Shown: positions 10,551 through 19,941, counted from the first letter of the stretch. The stretch is 64,000 bases of DNA from Deferribacterales bacterium (GCA_050251875.1 JBFWMA010000005.1:64001-128000); one strand, 5' to 3'. Numbers and translations are program-made. Notes: generated by a model from the letters alone, not told the origin.

Positions 10551-10561
10551 TTTGTTCCCCC

Positions 10562-11278
10562 TTAGAAAGGCATGATCCAGTTAAGCAGTGTGAGAAGCCA
10601 GCCGGGTTTGTTGGCGTCTGTTAGCATGCCGGAACCGCTGTAGGCGATCTTGGCATCGGCTATGGATGTTGAGTTCACTGTGTTGCTGGCGTCTATATCC
10701 TTCTGGCGGACTATGCCGCTGAGTGTGATGGTCTGTTTTTCGTTGTCCACTATGATCTCTCTGTGTCCCTCTATCACCAGGTTTCCGGAGGGGAGAACCT
10801 GTGTCACTCTGGCTGCTATTGTGCCTGTGATGGTGTCGGCTTTAGACTTGGTTCCGCTGCCTGTGAATGAGCTGGATGAGCTCAGGTCGTTGTCCAGACT
10901 GAGCGGGTTGCCTGTGCCCAGAAAGTTGCTCACGCCGAGGTTTGTTCCCATTCCCAGCAGACTGGTGAGAGTGGATGAGTTAGCCGCTGATTTGTTGGTG
11001 TTTGTTGAGTTTGAGTTGGATGCAGTGGTGCTCTCCACGATGTTCACCGTGAGGATGTCGCCGATGTGTCTGCCTTTATAGTCCAGAAACAGACTGCCCT
11101 GCGCTCCTGTCTCGTTCCACAGTGAGGCTGAAGGTTTCTGCTCTTCCTGCATTCTTTTATAGTCTTCGAGTTCCTTGCGATAGCTGTTTGTCAGCGCATC
11201 GTTCTGAAACTCCTGTTTCTTTGCGCATCCTGTGGTGGTTATGATAACTGCCATAAGCAGAAGAACCGCTCTTTTCAT
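10562..11278 (-). CDS. flgH: Flagellar L-ring lipoprotein FlgH
   Basis: Lipobox TTGC; GDILTVNIVE, VLPSGNLVIEG, SGIVRQKDI, IADAKIAYSG. Confidence 0.96.
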   Translation of the reverse strand: MKRAVLLLMAVIITTTGCAKKQEFQNDALTNSYRKELEDYKRMQEEQKPSASLWNETGAQGSLFLDYKGRHIGDILTVNIVESTTASNSNSTNTNKSAANSSTLTSLLGMGTNLGVSNFLGTGNPLSLDNDLSSSSSFTGSGTKSKADTITGTIAARVTQVLPSGNLVIEGHREIIVDNEKQTITLSGIVRQKDIDASNTVNSTSIADAKIAYSGSGMLTDANKPGWLLTLLNWIMPF

Positions 11279-11315
11279 AGTTTCTTACCTCGTGATAAGT
11301 CTTTTTATGTTACTT

Positions 11316-11331
11316 ATCAAAAAGTATGCCA
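11316..11331 (-). promoter_or_regulatory. Probable sigma54 promoter of flgH (variant -12 element)
   Basis: Minus strand TGGCAT-ACTTT-TTGAT versus consensus TGGCAC-N5-TTGCW. Confidence 0.6.
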
Positions 11332-11369
11332 GAAATATGGGAAAAATGAGGAGGGTTGACAGTCAAGTG

Positions 11370-12227
11370 TTATCTGATGTTTACGAAGACTCTTCGTCCC
11401 TGTTTGTATTCGCCTCGGATAATTTTGCCGCTTGCGGTGTTTTCCACTCGGACAATTTTTCCTTCATAGGCGTCTTCCTGAAGAACGCCGGACGCGAATA
11501 TTTCCAGACCGTTGGATTTGTATACTATGGTTACGGATGTGTCTTTCATGGCGTCCGGTTTTCTCTCCACCACGGATGTGGTGACGGGTCTGGCGGACGA
11601 GATGTTCTGTCTGGCGACAAAGCCTTGGGGGGATGTGATGGGGTCGCCGTGCACCTTAGACAGGTCGGTGCGGAAGAGAGCCACCTTGTCGGCGATCTCT
11701 TCGCCTTTTTTCACCGGAGCGGTGGTTACATACAGGTCTTTGAAAGCGGTGATGGATACGCTGTAGTTGGATTTTTTGAACCCGTTGTCCAGTGTCACGG
11801 AGATGTTTCCGAACCTCTGAACGGGTATGTCTATGGTGTATTTCTGATCTTCGGCGGTGTAGAACTCTCTGGACATTCTGACAGTGTCCACTTCCACATC
11901 CATCTCGGGATACATCACGGCGAGCTGGTTTTTCAGGTCTTCTTTCAGCCTGTCCTCGGTTATCAGATATCCTCTTCTTTTGAATGTGACTTCGCCGGGC
12001 TGAGCTCCCCTGATGCCGTATTTGTTTATGATATACAGAGACATCTGCCTGTTGATAATTTTTTCCTGTCCATAGTCCAGCCCGCAGAAGATATCGTCAT
12101 TGATGCCGATAGCCGGGAAGATATCTCTCAGGGTTACGCACTCTGAGTCTATCAGCAGTGTGGCGGCATTGGCTGAGAACACCGCTGCGGCGGAAAAAAA
12201 AGCGACAAGCAGAAATCTTTTAAGCAT
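11370..12227 (-). CDS. flgA: P-ring formation chaperone FlgA
   Basis: Signal peptide; C-terminal GLEIFASG..EDAYEGKIVRVENTASGKII; between flgG and flgH. Confidence 0.9.
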   Translation of the reverse strand: MLKRFLLVAFFSAAAVFSANAATLLIDSECVTLRDIFPAIGINDDIFCGLDYGQEKIINRQMSLYIINKYGIRGAQPGEVTFKRRGYLITEDRLKEDLKNQLAVMYPEMDVEVDTVRMSREFYTAEDQKYTIDIPVQRFGNISVTLDNGFKKSNYSVSITAFKDLYVTTAPVKKGEEIADKVALFRTDLSKVHGDPITSPQGFVARQNISSARPVTTSVVERKPDAMKDTSVTIVYKSNGLEIFASGVLQEDAYEGKIVRVENTASGKIIRGEYKQGRRVFVNIR

Positions 12228-12233
12228 TATATA

Positions 12234-13022
12234 TTACCTTTTGAGACTGTTAACCACCTGAAGCATGTCGTCCGCTGTCTGGATGGCTTTTGAGTTGATC
12301 TCATACGCTCTCTGGGCGGTGATCATATTCACCATATCTTCTACCACGCTTACGTTGGACATTTCAAGAACTCCCTGCGCCACGCTGCCGAAGTTCTCCT
12401 CGCCGGGTGTGCCTGTCACGGGGTCTCCGCTGGCTCCTGTGGGCAGATAGAAGTTTTTGCCGACAGATCTCAGACCGGCGGGGTTGATGAATCTCGCCAG
12501 CTCTATCTGACCGATCTCCTGAGCTTCGTTCTGGTTGGGCAGGGTTACGCTGATGGTTCCGTCCTCTCCGAATGTGATAGCTGTGGTGTCGTCCGGCACT
12601 GTAACCGCCGGCTCCAGCAGATATCCGTTTTCATTCACCAGGTTTCCGTTGGAATCGATTTTCAGAGATCCCGCTCTGGTGTAGCCTATCTCGCCGTTGG
12701 GCAGGGTAAACTGAAAATATCCGTCACCTTCTATGGCGATATCCAGATCCACGTCAGTGGACTGAAAACTGCCCTGTGAGTGGACTTTTTCTATAGCGGA
12801 AACTTTTGTACCAAGACCCACCTGAATACCTGTGGGGTGTGTGAGTCCTGCGGCGGAGATAGAACCGGCGGGTTTGATCTCCTGATATATGAGGTCCTGA
12901 AAGAACGCTCTGGACTTTTTAAAGCCCACGTTGTTTACGTTTGCCAGGTTGTTGGATATGGTATCTATGTTTGTCTGCTGAGCTGTCATGCCGGAGGCGG
13001 CTGTCCATAATGTTCTAAACAT
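12234..13022 (-). CDS. flgG: Basal-body rod protein FlgG
   Basis: LWTAASGMTAQQ..ISNNLANVN..GFKKSRAFFQDLIYQ; EMSNVSVVEDMVNMITAQRAYE. Confidence 0.98.
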   Translation of the reverse strand: MFRTLWTAASGMTAQQTNIDTISNNLANVNNVGFKKSRAFFQDLIYQEIKPAGSISAAGLTHPTGIQVGLGTKVSAIEKVHSQGSFQSTDVDLDIAIEGDGYFQFTLPNGEIGYTRAGSLKIDSNGNLVNENGYLLEPAVTVPDDTTAITFGEDGTISVTLPNQNEAQEIGQIELARFINPAGLRSVGKNFYLPTGASGDPVTGTPGEENFGSVAQGVLEMSNVSVVEDMVNMITAQRAYEINSKAIQTADDMLQVVNSLKR

Positions 13023-13033
13023 CTATATACTCC

Positions 13034-13798
13034 TTAACTGAATGAACCGACTGTATTTATCGCCTGATTGTTCATGTCGTCTATAGACTGAACAAGTTTC
13101 TGATATGTTTCAAATTCTCTGTTGGCTTCTACCATCCTCACCATTTCCTGCATGGGGTTGACGTTGCTGCCTTCCAGAAATCCCTGCTCCAGACCGGGAT
13201 ACTGGGAATCCTCAGGAACAGTGTCTATGGCGGCGAAGAGGTTGGAGCCTATCTTCTGAAGATTTTTTGTGTCTTCGAACTGGGCTATGGCAATTCTGCC
13301 TGTCGCCACTCCGTCCACATAAATCTCGCCGGTGTCTGACACATCGAACGTGCCGTCCTGATTAACAGGGATCGGCTGAGCGGTTGTGAGGCTGGACATC
13401 ACTTTGTATCCTTCCTGAGTCGCCAGATCACCGTCTGTGTCCACAGTGAAATCGCCGTTTCTGGTGAATCGTATCCCGAAAGGAGTGTCCACGGCGAAAT
13501 AAGCGTCCGGATTGGTGAGCGTCAGATCCAGATTTCTGCCTGTCTCTTTCATGTAGCCGATGCTGAAATCAGTGGAGATGTCGTCCAGTCTGGTTGTGGC
13601 GTTTATCATCTTGTTGTAGTCGCTGTTTCTGATGATGTCGTCCGGCGATCCGGTGGGGTTCGCCAGATACTGGGAAAAAGTAGCCACATCCCTTTTATAT
13701 CCTTTGGTGTCGATGTTGGCGAGGTTGTTCGCTATGACATCGACCCTCTTCTGCTGCATCATAAGTCCGCTGGTGGCGGTATAGAGTCCGTTCAGCAT
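13034..13798 (-). CDS. flgF: Basal-body rod protein FlgF
   Basis: GLYTATSGL..IANNLANIDTKGYK; QGFLEGSNVNPMQEMV; precedes flgG. Confidence 0.92.
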   Translation of the reverse strand: MLNGLYTATSGLMMQQKRVDVIANNLANIDTKGYKRDVATFSQYLANPTGSPDDIIRNSDYNKMINATTRLDDISTDFSIGYMKETGRNLDLTLTNPDAYFAVDTPFGIRFTRNGDFTVDTDGDLATQEGYKVMSSLTTAQPIPVNQDGTFDVSDTGEIYVDGVATGRIAIAQFEDTKNLQKIGSNLFAAIDTVPEDSQYPGLEQGFLEGSNVNPMQEMVRMVEANREFETYQKLVQSIDDMNNQAINTVGSFS

Positions 13799-13799
13799 G

Positions 13800-14540
13800 T
13801 TATTTTTCCTCCTCGGGAAATTGTTGGGCGAGGTTTTCTTTTTGAGTCAGATACATTTCCTTCGCCTTTGCCATCGCCTTTTGCAGATCGGATGGCTCTC
13901 CGTGAGCCTCGGGCAGTCCTTTTGTCAGTATATAGCTGATGCCTTTCATGGTGAGGGTTCTCACCGGGCGGGCGTCTTTTTCGGAGTAGTACCAGAAATT
14001 TCTGTCGGATGAGCTTTCCACCCGGACAGAGGAGATGAAGACGGGCATGTCCAGCTTATTCATTATAGAGAAGGAGACGCTGGAGAAATTTGTTCCGTGT
14101 CTTCTCTCGAAAGATTCCCTGATATTCATCACGGCGATGTAGTCCGCCTGGTTGATATCGTCCACGGGGATAGCGTATTTGCCCATGGCGAGGAAATTTG
14201 TCAGCTGGCGCTTAAGCTGGGTGTCGAAGTAATATTTTCCGCCGCTGTCTGTGATTCTCGGCGGAACAATATATATAAATCTGCCGGGCTCCAGAGTCTT
14301 GGCGGCGGCGGAGTCATATGCGGTTATTTTTTCCTTTGTTTTGTCTATCAGCAGGGATGATATGTTGGAGTTGATCTCTATAGAAGCCAGCACCAGAAAG
14401 TATCCGGTGTTCAGGTCTATGATGTCTCCCACGGTGTTGTTGACCACTGTGGTGGAATCATCCAGCAGTGTGACCGCCTTGTCCACGCATCCGGTCATCA
14501 GCATCATCGCTATCATCAGAACAGGAAATATTTTCAGCAT
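13800..14540 (-). CDS. Hypothetical lipoprotein, first gene of the flgF operon
   Basis: Lipobox LMTGC; AGGAG RBS; stop codon 1 nt before the flgF start. Confidence 0.8.
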   Translation of the reverse strand: MLKIFPVLMIAMMLMTGCVDKAVTLLDDSTTVVNNTVGDIIDLNTGYFLVLASIEINSNISSLLIDKTKEKITAYDSAAAKTLEPGRFIYIVPPRITDSGGKYYFDTQLKRQLTNFLAMGKYAIPVDDINQADYIAVMNIRESFERRHGTNFSSVSFSIMNKLDMPVFISSVRVESSSDRNFWYYSEKDARPVRTLTMKGISYILTKGLPEAHGEPSDLQKAMAKAKEMYLTQKENLAQQFPEEEK

Positions 14541-14563
14541 GATTTACTCCTTGAATGTGTAGA

Positions 14564-14579
14564 AGCAATGAATATGCCA
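14564..14579 (-). promoter_or_regulatory. Sigma54 -24/-12 promoter of the lipoprotein-flgFG operon
   Basis: Minus strand TGGCAT-ATTCA-TTGCT, close to consensus TGGCAC-N5-TTGCW. Confidence 0.85.
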
Positions 14580-14586
14580 TAAAAAC

Positions 14587-14611
14587 ACAGTTGCAAACTG
14601 TTTGCATCTGT
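14587..14611. promoter_or_regulatory. Zur-box-like palindrome
   Basis: ACAGt-TGCAAA-CTG-TTTGCA-tCTGT directly upstream of zur-znuA; resembles the TGCAAc-N3-gTTGCA type Zur box of deltaproteobacteria. Confidence 0.7.
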
Positions 14612-14625
14612 GATACCAATTTATC

Positions 14626-15045
14626 ATGGAAAAATGTAAAGCGGATAACCTGCTTAAGGTTACAAATACCGTAAAAACTGAGTCCAGGGAGGAGCTGCTG
14701 AGGCTGATACTCGACAGTGAGTCTCCTATGACAGCAAGCGATTTGCATAATATGGTGAAAGATAAGGGGACAGACCTTGCCACCGTATACCGCGCGCTGA
14801 AGGTTTTTACCGAAAAGGGTCTGGTGAGAACGGTTCATGCCGAGGGCTCTCAGGTTTTTTATGAAAAATCCTGCGAGCACAACCCGCCTCATCCCCATTT
14901 TTTCTGCGAATCCTGCGGAAAGCTGGAGTGCATGAAACCCTATGGTTTCGATGAGTCGGCTCTTTTTATGAGGCTGGCGAAGGACAGGGATGTGCGTTCG
15001 GTTGAGCTTGTAATGAAAGGGAGGTGTACGGTATGTACAGGTTAA
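14626..15045 (+). CDS. zur: Fur-family regulator, probably Zur
   Basis: DLATVYRAL HTH, HPHFFCESCGK, C-terminal CTVC; overlaps znuA. Confidence 0.8.
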   Translation: MEKCKADNLLKVTNTVKTESREELLRLILDSESPMTASDLHNMVKDKGTDLATVYRALKVFTEKGLVRTVHAEGSQVFYEKSCEHNPPHPHFFCESCGKLECMKPYGFDESALFMRLAKDRDVRSVELVMKGRCTVCTG

Positions 15046-15956
15046 TTATTTTTTGTTTTGCGGCGCTGTTCGCTCTGCCGGCTTTTGCCCGTGTGAGCGT
15101 AGTGGTGACCCTGACCCCTCAGAAATATGTTGTCTCAAACATTGCTAAGGACAAGGCGGATGTGAGCGTGATGGTTCCCGCCGGTTCCAGTCCCCACACA
15201 TATGAGCCGAAACCGAGACAGATGGCGGAGCTTTCTAAAGCGGATATTTATCTGTCCATCGGCGATCCGTCCGAGCACGCCTGGCTGGACAAGTTCGCCG
15301 ATATGAATAAGAAGATGCTGATAGTTCACACGGACAAAGGCATTAAAAAACTGGATATGGCGGAGCATCACCATCATGACGAAGATGGTGACCACGATGA
15401 GCACGGAGATCATGATGAACACGGCGAGCACGAAGACCACGATGACGATCACGGACACGATCACGAGCACGGGATGAAAGACCCTCATATATGGCTCGAT
15501 CCTATCCTGCTGAGCGTTCAGGCGGACGCCGCAGCTAAGGCTCTGGTGAAGGCTGATCCCGCTAACGCCTCTTTTTACGGGGCTAACCTGAAAAAATTTC
15601 AGGGCGAGATGAAGTCTCTGGATAAAAAAATATCCGCCATGGCTCAGAAGACCAAAAATAAGAAATTTATGGTATTTCACCCGTCATGGGGCTATTTCGC
15701 CGCCAGATACGGATATGAGCAGATTCCCGTAGAGGTGGACGGCAAAGCGCCGAAAGCTCAGGAGCTGGTGGAGCTGATCCATACAGCGAAAGAACATAAT
15801 CTGAAGATAGTATTTGTTCAGCCTCAGTTTTCTAAAAAAGAGGCGGAAACCATAGCCAAAGAGGCGAAAGCGAAGGTTTTTCCCATAGATCCGCTGGCGG
15901 AAAACGTGGGCGATACGCTCATCAGAGCGGCTAAGGCCATTTACGATAATCAGTAA
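15033..15956 (+). CDS. znuA: Zn ABC transporter substrate-binding protein ZnuA with His/Asp-rich loop
   Basis: SPHTYEPKP, long H/D/E tract, DPHIWLDP, FHPSWGYF. Confidence 0.92.
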   Translation: MYRLIIFCFAALFALPAFARVSVVVTLTPQKYVVSNIAKDKADVSVMVPAGSSPHTYEPKPRQMAELSKADIYLSIGDPSEHAWLDKFADMNKKMLIVHTDKGIKKLDMAEHHHHDEDGDHDEHGDHDEHGEHEDHDDDHGHDHEHGMKDPHIWLDPILLSVQADAAAKALVKADPANASFYGANLKKFQGEMKSLDKKISAMAQKTKNKKFMVFHPSWGYFAARYGYEQIPVEVDGKAPKAQELVELIHTAKEHNLKIVFVQPQFSKKEAETIAKEAKAKVFPIDPLAENVGDTLIRAAKAIYDNQ

Positions 15957-15969
15957 ATTAAACTATATT

Positions 15970-16044
15970 GTCATTGCGAGCAAAGCGAAGCAATCTTATA
16001 CGTCTGTTTGAGATTGCTTCGTCGTTTGAACTCCTCGCAATGAC
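15970..16044. repeat. RPE/REP-like nested palindromic element
   Basis: GTCATTGCGAG...CTCGCAATGAC outer 11-bp arms and CGAAGCAATCT...AGATTGCTTCG inner arms, between convergent genes. Confidence 0.85.
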
Positions 16045-16057
16045 GTAATTTATATCT

Positions 16058-17011
16058 CTATTTCTTAAAGTAAAAATTCTCGCCGTTTATGTCGGTTATC
16101 TCAAAATTATCAGTGCCGGCGTCTTTCAGCTTTTCCTGAACCAGCGATTCCGTCACGCCGAATACCATTGAAATATCTTTTACGCTGCACGGGCGCATGG
16201 ATAGCAGGCGCTCCATTTCATCAGCTGTCATTGATCCGCCTGAGAAATCCCTTATGTAGTTGCCGACCGGCTCAACATTTATGCCTTTTGATTTCAGATA
16301 CAGCGCTGTGTCGATGAGAAACTCCGGCGCCACCGTCACCGCTCTGGAAAAAGCGGGCGGGCGGTGCACTGTGTTCAGCTGGACTATTTCGTAGTCGCAC
16401 TGTTTTATTACATCGGCGATTTTTTCTATCTCATCTCTGTTGTCGTTGACGCCTCTGCACAGGAGTATTTCTATGAGCAGGCGTCCTTTATATTCTTTAG
16501 AGAAATCTATGAGCGCCCTGTTGATCTCTTCTATGTCGAGAGATCTGTGGGGAGCGCAGATATGTTTATATGTGTCTTTTGTGGCGGCGTCTATGCTGGG
16601 CACTACCACATCGGCGTTCCTCAGCTCCCGTCTGACATTTTCGTCTGTCATCAGTGTGCTGTTGGTGAGCACGCCCACAGGTATGTCCACAAATTTCTTC
16701 GCCTCATTAATTATGTAGCCCAGATCGGAAGAGAGTGTGGGTTCGCCCGCTCCCGTGATGGTTACTATATCCAGCCCGTCTTTAAGACCGGGGTAAAACT
16801 CCCTCAGCTCCGCTATGATCTCGTCCGGGTCATAGAATCTCTGGCGCTCCGTTGTGCATGAAGTTGTTCTGCCCACCTCGCAGTAGATGCAGTTCAGTGT
16901 GCATATCTTATGCGGGATGATATCCACCCCCAGCGACCTTCCGAGCCTTCTGGAGGGCACAGGTCCGAACAGATAGCGGTATCCCTTTGATTTTTCGTAC
17001 ATTTTATCCAC
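16058..17011 (-). CDS. Radical SAM protein, COG0731/TYW1-like family
   Basis: YLFGPVPSRRLGRSLGVD, CTLNCIYC, GAGEPTL, VLTNSTL. Confidence 0.88.
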   Translation of the reverse strand: MDKMYEKSKGYRYLFGPVPSRRLGRSLGVDIIPHKICTLNCIYCEVGRTTSCTTERQRFYDPDEIIAELREFYPGLKDGLDIVTITGAGEPTLSSDLGYIINEAKKFVDIPVGVLTNSTLMTDENVRRELRNADVVVPSIDAATKDTYKHICAPHRSLDIEEINRALIDFSKEYKGRLLIEILLCRGVNDNRDEIEKIADVIKQCDYEIVQLNTVHRPPAFSRAVTVAPEFLIDTALYLKSKGINVEPVGNYIRDFSGGSMTADEMERLLSMRPCSVKDISMVFGVTESLVQEKLKDAGTDNFEITDINGENFYFKK

Positions 17012-17106
17012 CTGAATGAAACTATAATAATATATTAGTCATGCTGTACAAAAATGCAATAACGGTGTTATAATGAGTATAGGTGTAAAATCTTATCTGG
17101 AGGTAG

Positions 17107-18216
17107 ATGATGAGTCTGAAAGAGATCATGCGTACCTGCGGAGTCAGCAGAAGAGATTTTCTGCAATACTGTACAGCAGTTGGAGCGACACTCGCTCTGC
17201 CCGCTGCCTTCACTCCACAGATAGCCGACGCCCTGGAAAACGAGGATAACAGACCTCCTGTTGTCTGGATGGAATTCCAGAGCTGTTCAGGAGACACAGA
17301 AGCGATACTTCGTTCCGGTCGCCCCAAAATAGGCGAACTGATACTGGATGTTATTTCTCTCGATTATAACGAGGTGGTGATGGCCGCATCCGGACATCTG
17401 GCGGAAGAGGCGAAGAACGCCACGCTGGAAAACTATAAAGGTAAATATCTTCTTGTCATAGAGGGTGCTGTGCCTGTGGATGATGACGGCGTATACTGTT
17501 GTGTGGCAGGCGATTCCGCCGTTAACCATCTGAAAAAAGCCGCCGCCGGCGCCGCCGCAGTTATCTGCGTGGGCAACTGTTCCTGCTATGGCGGTATCCC
17601 CGCCGGACATCCCAACCCCACAGGGGCGAAGGGTGTTCAGGATATTATAAGCGGAGTTCCCATAGTGAACCTGCCCGGATGTCCTATGAACGCTGACAAC
17701 CTCACCGCTCTGGTGGTACATTTCCTCGTTTTCGGGGCTCTGCCCGCCGTGGACAGACATCTGAGACCGAAATTCGCTTACGGCAAACGTATTCATGACA
17801 ACTGCGAGCGCAGAGCGCACTTCGATGCCGGACAATACGTTGAAAAATGGGGCGATGACGCCCATAAACAGGGCTGGTGCCTGTATAAAATGGGATGTAA
17901 AGGTCCCGAAACCTTCCACAACTGCCCGACAATCAGATTTAACGATGGTCTGAGCTGGCCTGTTATGGCAGGACACGGATGCGTGGGCTGTGCCGAGCCA
18001 GGCTTTGTGGACACTATGGCGCCCATATACCGCAGACTGCCCGCTGTTCCCGGATTCGGCGTGGAATCCACAGCGACCAAGCTGGGTATAAAAGTAGCCG
18101 CCGGAGCCGCTGTGGTATTCGGTGTGCACGGCATCATAAACCTCTTCCGCAACAAAGGTGTTGTGAAGGAAGTGGAGAGCGAACACCTTGATAATAAAAA
18201 CGAAGGGGGCAAATAA
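17107..18216 (+). CDS. Group 1 [NiFe] hydrogenase small subunit, Tat-exported with C-terminal membrane anchor
   Basis: SRRDFLQYC Tat motif; PGCP, HDNCERR, CLYKMGCKGP, GHGCVGC; hydrophobic C-terminal helix. Confidence 0.96.
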   Translation: MMSLKEIMRTCGVSRRDFLQYCTAVGATLALPAAFTPQIADALENEDNRPPVVWMEFQSCSGDTEAILRSGRPKIGELILDVISLDYNEVVMAASGHLAEEAKNATLENYKGKYLLVIEGAVPVDDDGVYCCVAGDSAVNHLKKAAAGAAAVICVGNCSCYGGIPAGHPNPTGAKGVQDIISGVPIVNLPGCPMNADNLTALVVHFLVFGALPAVDRHLRPKFAYGKRIHDNCERRAHFDAGQYVEKWGDDAHKQGWCLYKMGCKGPETFHNCPTIRFNDGLSWPVMAGHGCVGCAEPGFVDTMAPIYRRLPAVPGFGVESTATKLGIKVAAGAAVVFGVHGIINLFRNKGVVKEVESEHLDNKNEGGK

Positions 18217-19916
18217 TGTCTGACAGGATTGTTGTTGACCCTATTACCAGAATAGAGGGACACCTGCGTATCGAGGCGAAGGTGGAGAACGGAGTAATCA
18301 CAAACGCTTTCGCCAGCGGAACCATGTTCAGAGGCATCGAAAAGATTCTTCAGGGCAGAGATCCCAGAGACGCATGGTATATCACACAGAGATTCTGCGG
18401 GGTCTGCACCACAGTGCATTCCATCGCGTCCATCAGAGCCGTTGAAAATGCTCTGGATATAAAAATTCCTTTTAACGCCGAGCTGATCAGAAACATAATA
18501 ATGGGTTCACAGTGCATTCAGGACCACGTTATACATTTCTATCACCTGCACGCTCTTGACTGGGTGGACATAGTGAGCGCTCTGAGCGCCGACCCCGCCA
18601 AGACTGCTCAGCTTCAGCAGTCCATATCCGACTGGAAGTACAGCGGCGAATCATATTTCAAATCAGTTCAGGACAGACTGAAAGCCTTTGTCAGCACAGG
18701 CAGGCTCGGACCTTTTTCCAACGCCTACTGGGGACACAGCGCATATAAACTCCCGCCGGAAGCCAACCTGATGGCGGCGGCTCACTATCTTCAGGCTCTG
18801 GAGATTCAGAAAGAGATCATCAAGATACACGCCGTGCTGGGCTCAAAAAACCCGCACCCGCAGACATTCCTTGTGGGCGGTATGGCTATCCCGATCGATC
18901 CCAACAGTCAGAATGCTCTGAACGCCGACAAGATAGCTATGATGCAGGAATATAATAAGATAGCTAAAGAGTTTGTGGAAAAAGTATATATTCCCGATGT
19001 GCTCGCTGTCGCCCCGTTCTATCTGGACTGGGCTGGCATAGGCGCCGGACATAAAAACTATATGTCATACGGCGAATATCCCGAGACACAGAAAGGCTAT
19101 CCCGAAGATATGTGGCTTCCCGCAGGTATCATCAAGGGCGGCGACCTCTCTAATGTAATAGAGGTGGATCAGTCAAAAATAGCCGAAGACTGCGCTCACT
19201 CATGGTACGCTGACAAAACAGCCCGTCACCCCTATGACGGAGCGAGCGACAAAAACTATACAGGTCCTAAGCCTCCTTATGATTTCCTCGATGTGGAGCA
19301 GAGCTATTCTTATGTGAAAGCTCCCAGATATGAGGGAGAGCCTATGGAGGTCGGTCCGCTGGCGAGAGTGCTGGTGGCATACGCCAAAGGACACAAAGAG
19401 ATAAAACCCGTTGTGGATGCCGTGCTGAGCAAACTGGGCGCAGGTCCCGAGGCACTGTTTTCCACACTGGGCAGAACAGCCGCCCGTGCCATAGAAACAC
19501 TGGTTATGACTGCCAGAGTGGACAAATGGATAGGCGAGCTGGCGGAGAGTATTAAAGGCGGCGACTACAGTATTCACGCCGGAGAGAAATGGGAACCCGA
19601 TTCATGGCCTAAATCAGCCAAGGGATACGGATGGCACGAAGCGCCCAGAGGCGCTCTGGGTCACTGGATCGTCATTGAGGACGGAGCTATCAAGAACTAT
19701 CAGGCGGTCGTTCCCAGCACATGGAACGCAGGTCCCATGGACACGGGCGATGTACACGGACCCTATGAGCAGGCGCTCATCGGTACACCCATAGCCGATC
19801 CGGATAAGCCTCTTGAGATACTCAGAACCATTCACTCATTCGATCCCTGTCTGGCATGCGCCGTGCATGTTGTGGACGAAAAGGGCATCGAGCGAAGCAA
19901 AGTAAAAATTCTGTAA
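18216..19916 (+). CDS. Group 1 [NiFe] hydrogenase large subunit
   Basis: DPITRIEGH, L1 QRFCGVC, HFYHLHALDWV, L2 SFDPCLACAVH plus a 15-aa C-terminal extension. Confidence 0.98.
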   Translation: MSDRIVVDPITRIEGHLRIEAKVENGVITNAFASGTMFRGIEKILQGRDPRDAWYITQRFCGVCTTVHSIASIRAVENALDIKIPFNAELIRNIIMGSQCIQDHVIHFYHLHALDWVDIVSALSADPAKTAQLQQSISDWKYSGESYFKSVQDRLKAFVSTGRLGPFSNAYWGHSAYKLPPEANLMAAAHYLQALEIQKEIIKIHAVLGSKNPHPQTFLVGGMAIPIDPNSQNALNADKIAMMQEYNKIAKEFVEKVYIPDVLAVAPFYLDWAGIGAGHKNYMSYGEYPETQKGYPEDMWLPAGIIKGGDLSNVIEVDQSKIAEDCAHSWYADKTARHPYDGASDKNYTGPKPPYDFLDVEQSYSYVKAPRYEGEPMEVGPLARVLVAYAKGHKEIKPVVDAVLSKLGAGPEALFSTLGRTAARAIETLVMTARVDKWIGELAESIKGGDYSIHAGEKWEPDSWPKSAKGYGWHEAPRGALGHWIVIEDGAIKNYQAVVPSTWNAGPMDTGDVHGPYEQALIGTPIADPDKPLEILRTIHSFDPCLACAVHVVDEKGIERSKVKIL

Positions 19917-19941
19917 AACAACAGCTATCATCAGCTGAATG

